A DNA stretch of 64,000 nucleotides, taken from the NCBI GenBank assembly GCA_963792855.1, contig CAWBXZ010000001.1, forward strand, positions 260,472 to 324,471, read 5' to 3'. The first letter of the stretch is position 1. The number at the start of each line of letters is the position of its first letter. The notes beneath the pieces are model-generated. The model saw nothing but the letters and a program-made list of their open reading frames with translations. It was not told where the DNA came from and made no database searches. Source of the DNA: an uncultured beta proteobacterium. Lineage in GTDB: Bacteria > Pseudomonadota > Gammaproteobacteria > Burkholderiales > Eutrophovitaceae. The translations under genes were made by a program, and so were the position numbers. Shown piece after piece: positions 9,403 to 18,522 of the stretch.

Positions 9403-10523
9403 TGGCTGGGCCACTGGCGGACGTAAAAGTACTCGACTTCTCGACGCTGTTGCCCGGGCCGATGGCCACGTTGTTGCTGGCCGAAGCGGGCGCTGAAGTC
9501 ATCAAGGTCGAACGGCCCGGCAGCGGCGAAGACATGCGCCACTATCCGCCGTTCTGGGGGGGCGAGAGCATCAATTTCGCGATGCTCAACCGCGGCAAGA
9601 AAAGTGTTGCGGTGGATCTGAAGGATCGCGCAGAACGGGAGCGGTTGCGCCCGTTGATCGAATCCGCCGATGTACTGGTCGAACAGTTTCGCCCGGGTGT
9701 GATGCAGCGGCTCGAGCTCGATTACGAATCGGTCGTGCGCATCAATCCGAAGGTGATCTACTGTTCCATTTCCGGTTTCGGCCAGACGGGACCGAAGCGT
9801 GACCGCGCCGGCCACGACCTGAACTACATCGGCGATGCGGGACTGTTGTCACTGAGTATGGGAACGGTCGGCACGCCGGTGATACCGCCGGCGCTGATCG
9901 CCGACATTGCCGGCGGCTCGTACCCGGCCGTGGTGAACATCCTGCTGGCGCTGCGGGAACGCGATCGTACCGGTAAGGGCGTACACCTGGATATCGCCAT
10001 GACCGATGGCGTATTGCCGTTCATGTACTGGGCGATCGGTAACGGAGCGGGCACCGGAACCTGGCCCGCGAATGGCGGGGAACTGGTGACCGGCGGGTCG
10101 CCGCGCTACCGCCTCTACCCGACGGCGGACGGTAAATTCGTCGCCGCCGGCCCGCTCGAAGACAAGTTCTGGGCTGCATTTGCCGAAACCATCGGGCTCG
10201 AACCGAAATTTCGCAACGATCGCGTTGACCCCCAGGCGACTGCCGGGCGGGTTGCGGCGATTATCTCGCAGCACGATGCGGCCCACTGGGAGCCGTTACT
10301 GCTGAAGGCGGATTGCTGTTGCACCATCGTCAAGAGCGTTCAGGAGGCAATGCAGGACGAGCACTTCCGCCAGCGCGGGGTGTTCAATGCGAAACTCGTG
10401 AATGGCAAGGGCGATTCGATTCCGGCGACGCCTGTTCCAATTGCTGCGTCGCTGCGTGCACACGGCGACGACGAACTGGCCGCCCCGGCGCTCGGTTCGC
10501 ACAACCAGCAACTGCTTGAATGA
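9402..10523 (+). CDS. family III CoA-transferase (CaiB/BaiF; racemase/transferase)
   Basis: LADVKVLDFSTLLPGPMATLLLAEAGAEVIKVERP, D..R.GV..RL.LDYE and GHDLNY are typical of the family. Confidence 0.85.
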   Translation: MAGPLADVKVLDFSTLLPGPMATLLLAEAGAEVIKVERPGSGEDMRHYPPFWGGESINFAMLNRGKKSVAVDLKDRAERERLRPLIESADVLVEQFRPGVMQRLELDYESVVRINPKVIYCSISGFGQTGPKRDRAGHDLNYIGDAGLLSLSMGTVGTPVIPPALIADIAGGSYPAVVNILLALRERDRTGKGVHLDIAMTDGVLPFMYWAIGNGAGTGTWPANGGELVTGGSPRYRLYPTADGKFVAAGPLEDKFWAAFAETIGLEPKFRNDRVDPQATAGRVAAIISQHDAAHWEPLLLKADCCCTIVKSVQEAMQDEHFRQRGVFNAKLVNGKGDSIPATPVPIAASLRAHGDDELAAPALGSHNQQLLE

Positions 10524-11542
10524 AGGCAGTCATGGTCGATGCCTTCGGCCCGTTCGAGAACGCACAGCTGCGCTCGGTCCCGGATCCGGTCCCGAAGCGC
10601 GGGGAGGTGTGCCTCTCGGTCCGGGCGGCGGAAACCAATTACCCCGACGTTCTGGTGGTAACGGGCGCCTACCAGGTCAGGCCGCCGTTGCCGTTTTCCC
10701 CGGGCAAGGCCGCTGCGGGTGTCGTTGAAAGCATTGGCGCGGGCGTGAACACTGTCAAACCGGGAGACCGTATTGCGGTCCAGGTGGAATATGGTGCCTA
10801 TGCCGAGAAGGTGATCGCGCCCGCAGTGAATTGTTTTGCCATTCCCGATGACATTCCGTTCGCCACGGCCGCAGCGCTCAGTCTGACGTACCAGACTGCG
10901 CATTTCGCACTGGTTGAGCGCTGCCGCATGCAGGCAGGCGAGAACGTGCTGGTGCTGGGCGCCACCGGAGGCGTTGGACTGGCCGCGGTGCAGCTTGCCA
11001 GGGCGCTGGGCGCCGGCACTGTCATAGCCGGCACGCGTGGTGAAAACGGGATATCAATCCTGCGGCAAGCCGGTGCCGACGCGGTGATCGACCTGTCGAG
11101 AAGCGGTCTTCGTGACGGCCTGCGTGAACAGGTTCGTGATTTCACTAGGGGGCATGGCGTCGACGTCGTGGTCGACCCGGTGGGCGGCGAAGCCAATGCC
11201 GCGGCATTGCGTGCGATGGCGTGGCGCGGGCGGCTGGTGATTGTCGGGTTCGCGGCCGGGACGGTGCCGGTTATCAAGGCCAACTACCTTCTGGTCAAGA
11301 ACATCGAAGTGTCGGGCCTGCAATGGTCGGATTATCGTGACCGCGTGCCTGCGCAGGTTGCCCAGGTGCAGTCCGTCATTTTCGAGCTTTACCGGCAGGG
11401 AAAACTGGAGCCGTACATCAGCCGCACCTTGCCGTTGGCGGAGTTCGCGCAGGCACTTGCCGATCTGCGTGATGCGAGGGCGGATGGCAAGATCATCCTC
11501 ACGGCAGGAGGAGAACCGGCGCGGGATCCGGTGCCCGGATAA
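10520..11542 (+). CDS. MDR-superfamily NAD(P)H:quinone oxidoreductase-type reductase
   Basis: ATGA overlap with the upstream gene. 340 aa with G.D..G.V...G..V...K.GDRV, LVLGATGGVGLAAVQLA and GKIILT at the C-terminus. Confidence 0.85.
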   Translation: MKAVMVDAFGPFENAQLRSVPDPVPKRGEVCLSVRAAETNYPDVLVVTGAYQVRPPLPFSPGKAAAGVVESIGAGVNTVKPGDRIAVQVEYGAYAEKVIAPAVNCFAIPDDIPFATAAALSLTYQTAHFALVERCRMQAGENVLVLGATGGVGLAAVQLARALGAGTVIAGTRGENGISILRQAGADAVIDLSRSGLRDGLREQVRDFTRGHGVDVVVDPVGGEANAAALRAMAWRGRLVIVGFAAGTVPVIKANYLLVKNIEVSGLQWSDYRDRVPAQVAQVQSVIFELYRQGKLEPYISRTLPLAEFAQALADLRDARADGKIILTAGGEPARDPVPG

Positions 11543-11595
11543 AGGGTAAAGGGCAGCACGGCGCCGGAACGGTTCAAGACAAAGGGGCATTGCAC

Positions 11596-12234
11596 ATGAA
11601 CAAGGGCATATTGGCGATCTGGAACGATTGTCTTCCTGAGACCGAGAAAGAGTATGAGGACTGGTACATGGGGCAGCATTTGCCGGAGCGCGTCGGCGTG
11701 CCGGGGTTTCGCATCGGGCGGCGCTATGAAGCGCTCGGTGCGCAGCCGCGTTATTTCACTTTCTACGATACGGATACGCCCGAAGTGCTCTGGTCGAAGG
11801 CCTATCGCGACCGGCTCGCCGATCCGACACCGGAAACCGCCAGAATCATGAAATCGTTCCGCAACATGAGCCGTACCGTCTGTCGCCGCGTTTCTCAAAC
11901 GGGCCACTACGTGGCCGGAAATGTGGTGACCGCCCGCTTCGCGAGTCTGCCGGATGACGCGGCACAAATACGGGACGCCTTGTTGATCGCGACCGGTGTC
12001 ACCGGTGCCGAGATCTGGCAGGCGGTCGAAGTGCCGGGTGCGCCGGTGACGGCGGAATCGAAACTGCGTGACGGGCCGGATGAAACCATCGGTGCGGCAA
12101 TGGTATTTCACGTCATGCGCGAGCAGGACGCCCTGGATGTCAGCGACGTGCTGTCGCGCGCTTTTGGCGACCAGGCACAACTCGGCGCGTACCAGTTACT
12201 GTGTGAACTGCGTAACGAGTCGCTGCAGAAATGA
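11596..12234 (+). CDS. hypothetical protein (conserved-looking, unknown function)
   Basis: ATG 11596 lies 8 nt after AAAGGGG. 212 aa, soluble, with no motif I recognise. Its stop overlaps the next start (ATGA at 12231). Confidence 0.5.
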   Translation: MNKGILAIWNDCLPETEKEYEDWYMGQHLPERVGVPGFRIGRRYEALGAQPRYFTFYDTDTPEVLWSKAYRDRLADPTPETARIMKSFRNMSRTVCRRVSQTGHYVAGNVVTARFASLPDDAAQIRDALLIATGVTGAEIWQAVEVPGAPVTAESKLRDGPDETIGAAMVFHVMREQDALDVSDVLSRAFGDQAQLGAYQLLCELRNESLQK

Positions 12235-12689
12235 AAATCCTCCTGTTGCAGGGCGCCAACATGGTTGCACTCGGAAAAAGACAACCCGAACTGTACGGCA
12301 CCACGACAGCGGCGCAACTCGACGCGATGCTGGCCGGCGAAGCGAAGAATCTTGGCGCCTCGCTCGATATCCGTTACACCAATATCGAGGGTGAAGCCAT
12401 TGACTGGATCTATCAGGCCGAGGAGTCCGGGGTCGATGGCTTGTTGTTCAATCCGGCAGGCTTTGTTTACGCGGGTTATGCGCTGCGCGATTGTCTCAAG
12501 GCGGTAAGCTTGCCGCGGGTCGAAGTGCATATGACCAACCTCGAACGGCGCGGCATGCACTCCGTGACCGCCAGCGAAGCCGACGGCATGATCACGGGGC
12601 TGGGCGTCGATTCCTATGTTTGCGGCCTGCACGCGCTGATGCGGCTGATCCGGGACCGGGCTGGCAACATGAGGAAACAGGTGAAATGA
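12231..12689 (+). CDS. type II 3-dehydroquinate dehydratase (AroQ) family protein, divergent
   Basis: 152 aa. GKRQPELYG, NIEGE.IDWI, NPAG and RVEVHMTN match the AroQ scaffold (R/Y of R.P..YG and E-V-H retained). The canonical N..A.THTS loop reads NPAGFVYAG. Confidence 0.75.
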   Translation: MKILLLQGANMVALGKRQPELYGTTTAAQLDAMLAGEAKNLGASLDIRYTNIEGEAIDWIYQAEESGVDGLLFNPAGFVYAGYALRDCLKAVSLPRVEVHMTNLERRGMHSVTASEADGMITGLGVDSYVCGLHALMRLIRDRAGNMRKQVK

Positions 12690-12800
12690 GTGCAACCAAT
12701 GCCGTGCTGATATCCTGTGACTCCGGCGCCAACCGAATCACGCGTCCCCAGGTCGCTCATATCCTTGCGCGCCGATTGAACGAGGTTGCGAAATGCCCGC

Positions 12801-13946
12801 ATGCATGGACTTCTCCCGCCCGGGACTGATGTACTAGTGTCTACCGCGCAAAGCACGAACGATCAAGCGGATCAGGATTTTGTCCCGACGCAGCCAAGTC
12901 GCGGCAGCGGCCTGGTAAGACGCATGTATTGGCCGCGTATCGTCGGGTTGGGACTGGGTTTCCTGATGGTCGCCGGTGCGCTCCAGCAGGCTGGTGCGCC
13001 GATGTGGGTGTGGCTGGTGCTGGTGGCTAATGGTTTTGTCTGGCCCCACGTTGCTTATCAGTGGGCACTGCGCAGTGCCAGCCCCTATCACGCCGAGCAT
13101 CGCAATCTGTTGATCGATTCCGCAAGCGGCGGATTCTGGTTGGTGGCCATGGGATTCAATCTGCTGCCCTCGGTCCTGATGCTGACGATGCTCAGCATGG
13201 ACAACGTATCCATCGGCGGCGTGCGTTTGCTGCTGCGCGGTCTGGTTGCAACACTGATCGGGGCGTTGTTGGCATGGCCGCTGTTCGATGGGTACATGGG
13301 GCTGGCTTCGAATCTTTACGTCATCATTCTGTGCATTCCCTTCATGGTGACGTATCCGATCTTCGTCGGTGTGATCAGTTACCGTTTGTCGCAACAACTC
13401 AGTCAGCAGAAGCGTGAATTCGAGGCGCTTAGCCGGCGCGACGCACTGTCCGGGTTGGCGACCCGCGGCCACTGGGAGACCAGGCTTGCAGAAGAATACT
13501 GCCGCTCGCAGCGGCATGGCCGAAAGGCGGCACTGCTGCTCGCCGATATTGACCATTTCAAGCTCATCAACGACTCGCATGGTCATCTCGTCGGCGACAT
13601 GGCTATTCAGTTGATCGGACAAGCGCTGAAAGCGCAGGCGCGTGCCGAGGATTGCATCGGCCGCTATGGGGGTGAGGAATTCGCGTTGATCCTGCCCGAG
13701 ACATCGGTCGCGAACGCGGTGACGATCGCGCAGCGGATACAACGCACTCTGGCAACGGTTAAAGTGCCTGACGGACCCGACCTCAGTCTCACGGTGAGTA
13801 TCGGTATCGCCGAATTGTCGGCGCAGGTGTCCGGTCCGCGCGAGTGGATCAGCCGGGCCGACAGCGCGCTCTACCGGGCGAAGAGCAGCGGCCGCGACTG
13901 CATTCGCGTCTTCGGAGTTGACGACACCGCGCCGAAGCCTGCCTGA
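12801..13946 (+). CDS. adrA: diguanylate cyclase, MASE2 membrane domain + GGDEF (AdrA/DgcC-like)
   Basis: The N-terminal membrane region aligns with remembered E. coli AdrA (WVWLVLVANGFVWPHVAYQWA...). The GGDEF domain carries RYGGEEFALIL. Start uncertain (TTG 12786, ATG 12801 or ATG 12924). Confidence 0.85.
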   Translation: MHGLLPPGTDVLVSTAQSTNDQADQDFVPTQPSRGSGLVRRMYWPRIVGLGLGFLMVAGALQQAGAPMWVWLVLVANGFVWPHVAYQWALRSASPYHAEHRNLLIDSASGGFWLVAMGFNLLPSVLMLTMLSMDNVSIGGVRLLLRGLVATLIGALLAWPLFDGYMGLASNLYVIILCIPFMVTYPIFVGVISYRLSQQLSQQKREFEALSRRDALSGLATRGHWETRLAEEYCRSQRHGRKAALLLADIDHFKLINDSHGHLVGDMAIQLIGQALKAQARAEDCIGRYGGEEFALILPETSVANAVTIAQRIQRTLATVKVPDGPDLSLTVSIGIAELSAQVSGPREWISRADSALYRAKSSGRDCIRVFGVDDTAPKPA

Positions 13947-14121
13947 CAAGGAGAATCGGTATTACGGGTGTGCGGCGCACGTACATGGCCTGCTTCGCAC
14001 GCGTCGTCATGCGCTGTGTTCGTGCCGGCTGACACGGCACGGTTACCGGGATGGGTGTGGATGCCTGCATGCGCGGACCACAAGCCCTGATCAGAATCGT
14101 CAATGAAAGGAACAACACGAA

Positions 14122-14814
14122 ATGACTGCAGGAAAAACCATGCTCATCACTGGCGCGTCTACGGGTATCGGCGCAGCCACTGCAAGGATGGCGGCCGATG
14201 CGGGTTACCGCGTCGCACTCGCGGCGCGTTCGCTGGACAAACTGGAATCGATCGTGGCCGAACTCGGTGGCGCGGAAAAGGCGATTGCCATTCAGTGTGA
14301 CGTGACCTCATACGCAGAGCAACAGGCGATGGTCGCGAAAACCCTGAAGGCGTTCGGACGGATCGACGTCGCTTTTGCCAATGCCGGCGTCGGGGCGACC
14401 GCATCGGGCACGTTGAAAGGCGACCCGGACAATTGGCGCGACATGATCATGACGAATCTTTACGGGGTCACGCTGACCGTCAAGGTTTGCATGCCGGAGA
14501 TTCTGAAGAATCGCGGCCACTTGCTGCTGACCGGGTCGCGAGCCGGACGCGGCCCATTGAAGGGCTCCGTTTACGGTGCCACCAAGTGGGCGGTGACAGG
14601 CTACGGCTACAACCTGCGCGAAGAACTCGCGGGCACCGGAGCCCGTGTCACCCTCATCGAGCCCGGCATGGTCGACACACCGTTCTTCGATTCGCCCAAG
14701 CCGGACGTGTTGAAGGGCGAGGACGTGGCGCGAGCCGTGATGTATGCGATCTCGCAGCCTGACCATGTGGACGTGTCCGAGTTGCTGGTACTGCCGGTCA
14801 GCAAGCACGGCTAG
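14122..14814 (+). CDS. short-chain dehydrogenase/reductase (SDR)
   Basis: MLITGASTGIGAATA is the TGxxxGxG motif; NAGV and Y..TK are present. 230 aa. Confidence 0.9.
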   Translation: MTAGKTMLITGASTGIGAATARMAADAGYRVALAARSLDKLESIVAELGGAEKAIAIQCDVTSYAEQQAMVAKTLKAFGRIDVAFANAGVGATASGTLKGDPDNWRDMIMTNLYGVTLTVKVCMPEILKNRGHLLLTGSRAGRGPLKGSVYGATKWAVTGYGYNLREELAGTGARVTLIEPGMVDTPFFDSPKPDVLKGEDVARAVMYAISQPDHVDVSELLVLPVSKHG

Positions 14815-14833
14815 TCCAGGCGTGTCAGTACAC

Positions 14834-16459
14834 ATGACCGGCGGTGAGGCCATCGCACGCTCCCTTCTGGTGCACGGTGTCGACACCGTGTTCGCGATTC
14901 CCGGCGTGCAGACCTACGAGTTGTTTGACGCCTTCGCGAGGCTGGAGGGTCGCATCAACGTTATCGGACCGCGTCACGAGCAGACGACCGCCTACATGGC
15001 ATTTGGTTACGCCAGATCCACCGGCAGGCCGGGCGTCTATTCGGTCGTGCCGGGTCCCGGCGTGCTCAACACGACGGCGGCGCTTTGCTCTGCCTATGGC
15101 GCGAGCACTCCGGTACTGTGCGTCACCGGCGAAGTGCCGTCGGGATTCATTGGTTCCGGAATGGGGCATCTTCACGAGTTGCCCGACCAACTCGCGACCT
15201 TGCGCACGCTCACCAAATGGGCAGCGCGTATCGATCATCCGGAACAGGCACCGGATCTGGTTGCGCAGGCGTTCCGGCAAATGCTGACGGGTCGGCCACG
15301 CCCGGTTGCTCTGGAAATGCCGTGGGACGTGTTCGGCGAGCGGGCTCCGGTGGAATTGATGCCCGCACCAGCGAACACTCCTCAGGTTGAACCGGATACG
15401 GATGTCGTCGAACGGGCGGCGAAACTGATCGCTGATGCGCGCAACCCGATGATCATGGTCGGCAGCGGCGCGGCGCACGCCGCAGCTGAGGTGCGCGCAC
15501 TCGCCGAGCGGTTGCAGGCACCGGTCGTGTCGTTTCGTGGCGGGCGCGGGATCGTCAGCGACGAGCATCATCTCGGGTTTACCTGCGCGGCCGGTTTCAG
15601 GTGCTGGCCCCGGACCGACGTGCTGATCGGGATCGGTTCGCGGCTGGAACTCCAGTGGTTCCGCTGGCCCGACCAACCGGACGGCCTGAAGATCGTCAAC
15701 ATCGACATCGACCCGGAACAAGGCGAGCGGCTGAAGGCTGACATCGCCATTGTCGGGGATGCGCGCGCGTGCGCGGCTGAACTCGACAAGGCACTTGGCC
15801 GTGCCGCTGTGGGGCGTCGTTCCCGCCAGCCTGAATTTCAGACGATCAAGGACGAAACGCTGGCGGCCGCACAGCAGGTGCAGCCGCATATCGACTATCT
15901 GCGAGCGATCAGGGACGTGTTGCCTCGCGATGGATTCCTGGTGGAGGAGATCTGCCAGGCCGGGTTCACTTCATATTTCGGTTTTCCCGTTTATCAACCG
16001 CGCACGTTTGTCAGTTGCGGCCACCAGGGCACGCTCGGGTTCGGTTTTCCGACGGCACTGGGGGTAAAGATCGGTAATCCCGACAAGGCCGTGGTATCGA
16101 TAACGGGTGATGGCGGTTTCATGTTCGGCGTGCAGGATCTGGCAACAGCGGCACAGTACGGCATCAACGTGGTAACGGTGCTGTTCAACAACAACGCGTA
16201 TGGAAACGTACTGCGTGACCAGAAGAACCTGTTCGATGGGCGGCTGATTGGCTCGGAACTGCGTAACCCGGATTTCGTCAGGCTGGCGGAGAGTTTCGGC
16301 GTCAACGCCAGCCGCGTGTCCGCGCCAGGTGGCCTCAAGCGCGAGTTCGAACGCGCACTCGCACTCGATGCGCCGGCGTTGATAGAAGTGTGCATCGAAC
16401 GCGGCTCCGAAGTATCGCCGTGGCCCTTCTTGATGCCGCCGCCAACGGTGCGGCAATGA
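14834..16459 (+). CDS. thiamine-diphosphate-dependent enzyme (acetolactate-synthase-like family)
   Basis: Start moved to ATG 14834 (MTGGEAIARSLLVHGVDTVFAIPG). RHEQ..AYMA.GYAR.TG and the TPP motif GDGGFMF......NNNAYGN are present. Confidence 0.85.
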   Translation: MTGGEAIARSLLVHGVDTVFAIPGVQTYELFDAFARLEGRINVIGPRHEQTTAYMAFGYARSTGRPGVYSVVPGPGVLNTTAALCSAYGASTPVLCVTGEVPSGFIGSGMGHLHELPDQLATLRTLTKWAARIDHPEQAPDLVAQAFRQMLTGRPRPVALEMPWDVFGERAPVELMPAPANTPQVEPDTDVVERAAKLIADARNPMIMVGSGAAHAAAEVRALAERLQAPVVSFRGGRGIVSDEHHLGFTCAAGFRCWPRTDVLIGIGSRLELQWFRWPDQPDGLKIVNIDIDPEQGERLKADIAIVGDARACAAELDKALGRAAVGRRSRQPEFQTIKDETLAAAQQVQPHIDYLRAIRDVLPRDGFLVEEICQAGFTSYFGFPVYQPRTFVSCGHQGTLGFGFPTALGVKIGNPDKAVVSITGDGGFMFGVQDLATAAQYGINVVTVLFNNNAYGNVLRDQKNLFDGRLIGSELRNPDFVRLAESFGVNASRVSAPGGLKREFERALALDAPALIEVCIERGSEVSPWPFLMPPPTVRQ

Positions 16460-16553
16460 GTTCTTCGGCAGTCGCGGGCAGGCCGGTTGACGAAAAAATC
16501 CGGTGCATTTATTCTGCAGGCGAATTAGACGAAGCGACAATTGGAGGAAAACA

Positions 16554-16742
16554 ATGAAGGTTTTTGCACTTGCGGCGGCGCTCCTGATGGCTGTCGGGAC
16601 TCACACCGCCTTTGCCGGCGTCACACCCAATACGGCAGCCTCGGCAGCGGCGCGATCCGGCGCCAAGATTGCACCGGTCAAGAGCGATACCCAAAGCGAG
16701 ACCAACGGTAGTTCCGCGGGCCAGTCGGATACCGCCAAGTGA
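16554..16742 (+). CDS. small secreted protein (62 aa), unknown function
   Basis: GGAGGA lies 6 nt upstream of ATG 16554. Signal peptide MKVFALAAALLMAVGTHTAFA, then a low-complexity Ser/Ala tail, followed by a clean terminator. Confidence 0.55.
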   Translation: MKVFALAAALLMAVGTHTAFAGVTPNTAASAAARSGAKIAPVKSDTQSETNGSSAGQSDTAK

Positions 16743-16802
16743 GCAAACGGGGCAGGTAGACGAGGAGCGAAGTCAGTCAGACTTCGCTGCTTCGGTCCAG
16801 GA

Positions 16803-16831
16803 AAGCAGAGGAGGAATCCTCTGCTTTTTTT
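16803..16831 (+). terminator. rho-independent terminator
   Basis: GCAGAGGA-GGAA-TCCTCTGC hairpin (16805-16824) followed by TTTTTTT (16825-16831). Confidence 0.8.
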
Positions 16832-17146
16832 GTCCGGTGAAATGTTCAAGCGAGATATTTCCCGCCAGGCATTTCATCGACGGCATCATGTGCAAGCCGA
16901 TGGGTACCTCGTTCGGAAAACCGGTGCTGGCCTGTTCTGCCCGGTACAAAGTCCTGAAGACGCTGGCAGCCCGCGTCTGAACAATCCGGGCGGCACCGGG
17001 GGGCAGGATCGTTCGCGCATATACTGGGCGGTAATTCACAGGAATTGGACGAGGAGTTTTTCCGGCACCCTCGCGTCCAGATCCGGATTCACGAACGCGG
17101 CCGCATCAAACCACTTGAGTAGACCCACGCAGAAGGAGCACTGTTG

Positions 17147-18391
17147 ATGAATCAGATCATGGCGACGAGAGCCGTCGGCATTCTTATAGGCATTTGCCTC
17201 GCGAGCGTGTTGCGCGCGGGGCATGTAATGGCCGCAGACACCATACTGCAACCGTTGGCACAGACTCCGGGAACGACGACGGACGGCAGGTACTATGTGC
17301 CGTCGACGACCGACACCGTGCTATGGGGTGTATTGCCGAATCGCGATCGCAAGCCGGTACTGGCCGTGCCATCGGGATCGGTGGTGATATTCGACACCGT
17401 TTCGCACGAAGGCATGCTGGAAGACCAGGGGCGCAATCCCGTGCGTTTTTTCGAGTCGTACGGTGTCGCCATCAGTAACGTGCTCAACGATGCCAGGGCG
17501 ATCGCGGCGTCCGGCATGGCGCACGATTTCAACGCCGATGGCCCGCATGTCGTGACCGGGCCGGTGGCAATCGATGGCGCGCAGCCCGGCGACGTGCTGA
17601 AAGTCGAAGTGCTGTCGCTCGAGCCACGTGTGCCTTACGGCGTGATTTCCAACCGCCACGGCAAAGGTGCGTTGCCGGGCGAGTTTCCCGAAAACGACGG
17701 GCCGCAGCCCGGTGCCAGCGCCGCAAATCCCGAGAAGTATGGAAATGTCTCGGTGTTTACCCGTGTGCGGGAAATCAGCGGCGTACGCTACGGAATCCTT
17801 CACAATAAATCCGGTGTGGAAGTACGGTTTCCGATCGAACCATTCATGGGCATCATGGGTGTCGCGCCCGATACCAGCGATCGCGTTCATTCGGTGCCAC
17901 CGGCGGCCTATGGTGGCAACATCGACATCAAACACCTCGGGGTCGGTTCGACCCTGTATCTGCCGGTGCAGATCCCCGGCGCGAACTTCTACGTAGGCGA
18001 TCCGCATTTCGCACAGGGCAACGGTGAAGTGGCGCTCACCGCACTGGAAGCACCGCTACGCGCGAGTTTCCGCCTGACGGTCATTCGCGCCGGCGATGCG
18101 GCGATACCCGGGGGCAGCCCTTTCGTTCAGCCGTTTGCGGAGACCGAAGCGCACTGGATTCCGATTGGCCTGAACGAGGATCTCGACGAGGCGATGAAGC
18201 AGGCGGTGCGTGAAGCGATCCGTTTTCTTTCTGCCAATCTCGGCATGGACAAGGCGGTCGCTTTGGCATACCTGAGCGCTGCGGGCGACTTTGAGGTTTC
18301 TCAGGTGGTCGACAAGACCAAAGGCGTGCACGGCATGATCCGCAAACGCGATTTTGCGAAGGTAAGGCCGCAAGGCATGCGTGATCGCTGA
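17147..18391 (+). CDS. acetamidase/formamidase family amidohydrolase with N-terminal signal peptide
   Basis: AGGAG lies 8 nt before ATG 17147. MNQIMATRAVGILIGICLASVLRAGHVMAA looks like a signal peptide. GPV.I.GA.PGD.L.V, GGN.D.K.L..GS.LYLPV and GD.H..QG.GEV are family motifs. Confidence 0.8.
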   Translation: MNQIMATRAVGILIGICLASVLRAGHVMAADTILQPLAQTPGTTTDGRYYVPSTTDTVLWGVLPNRDRKPVLAVPSGSVVIFDTVSHEGMLEDQGRNPVRFFESYGVAISNVLNDARAIAASGMAHDFNADGPHVVTGPVAIDGAQPGDVLKVEVLSLEPRVPYGVISNRHGKGALPGEFPENDGPQPGASAANPEKYGNVSVFTRVREISGVRYGILHNKSGVEVRFPIEPFMGIMGVAPDTSDRVHSVPPAAYGGNIDIKHLGVGSTLYLPVQIPGANFYVGDPHFAQGNGEVALTALEAPLRASFRLTVIRAGDAAIPGGSPFVQPFAETEAHWIPIGLNEDLDEAMKQAVREAIRFLSANLGMDKAVALAYLSAAGDFEVSQVVDKTKGVHGMIRKRDFAKVRPQGMRDR

Positions 18392-18401
18392 TCGGCGGAT
18401 C

Positions 18402-18426
18402 AAAAAAAGGGCCCTCATCGGGGCCC
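18402..18426 (-). terminator. rho-independent terminator downstream of the OsmC-family gene
   Basis: GGGCCC-CGATGA-GGGCCC hairpin followed by TTTTTTT when read on the minus strand. Confidence 0.65.
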
Positions 18427-18522
18427 GATTGTCTTGCAGGGGGATGCAGGGAGGTGATTTTTTCCCTTGTTCGTCTCCAGCCGGGGAGCGCTGAAAGCGC
18501 ATGCGGTTCGCTGGACAGCCGT

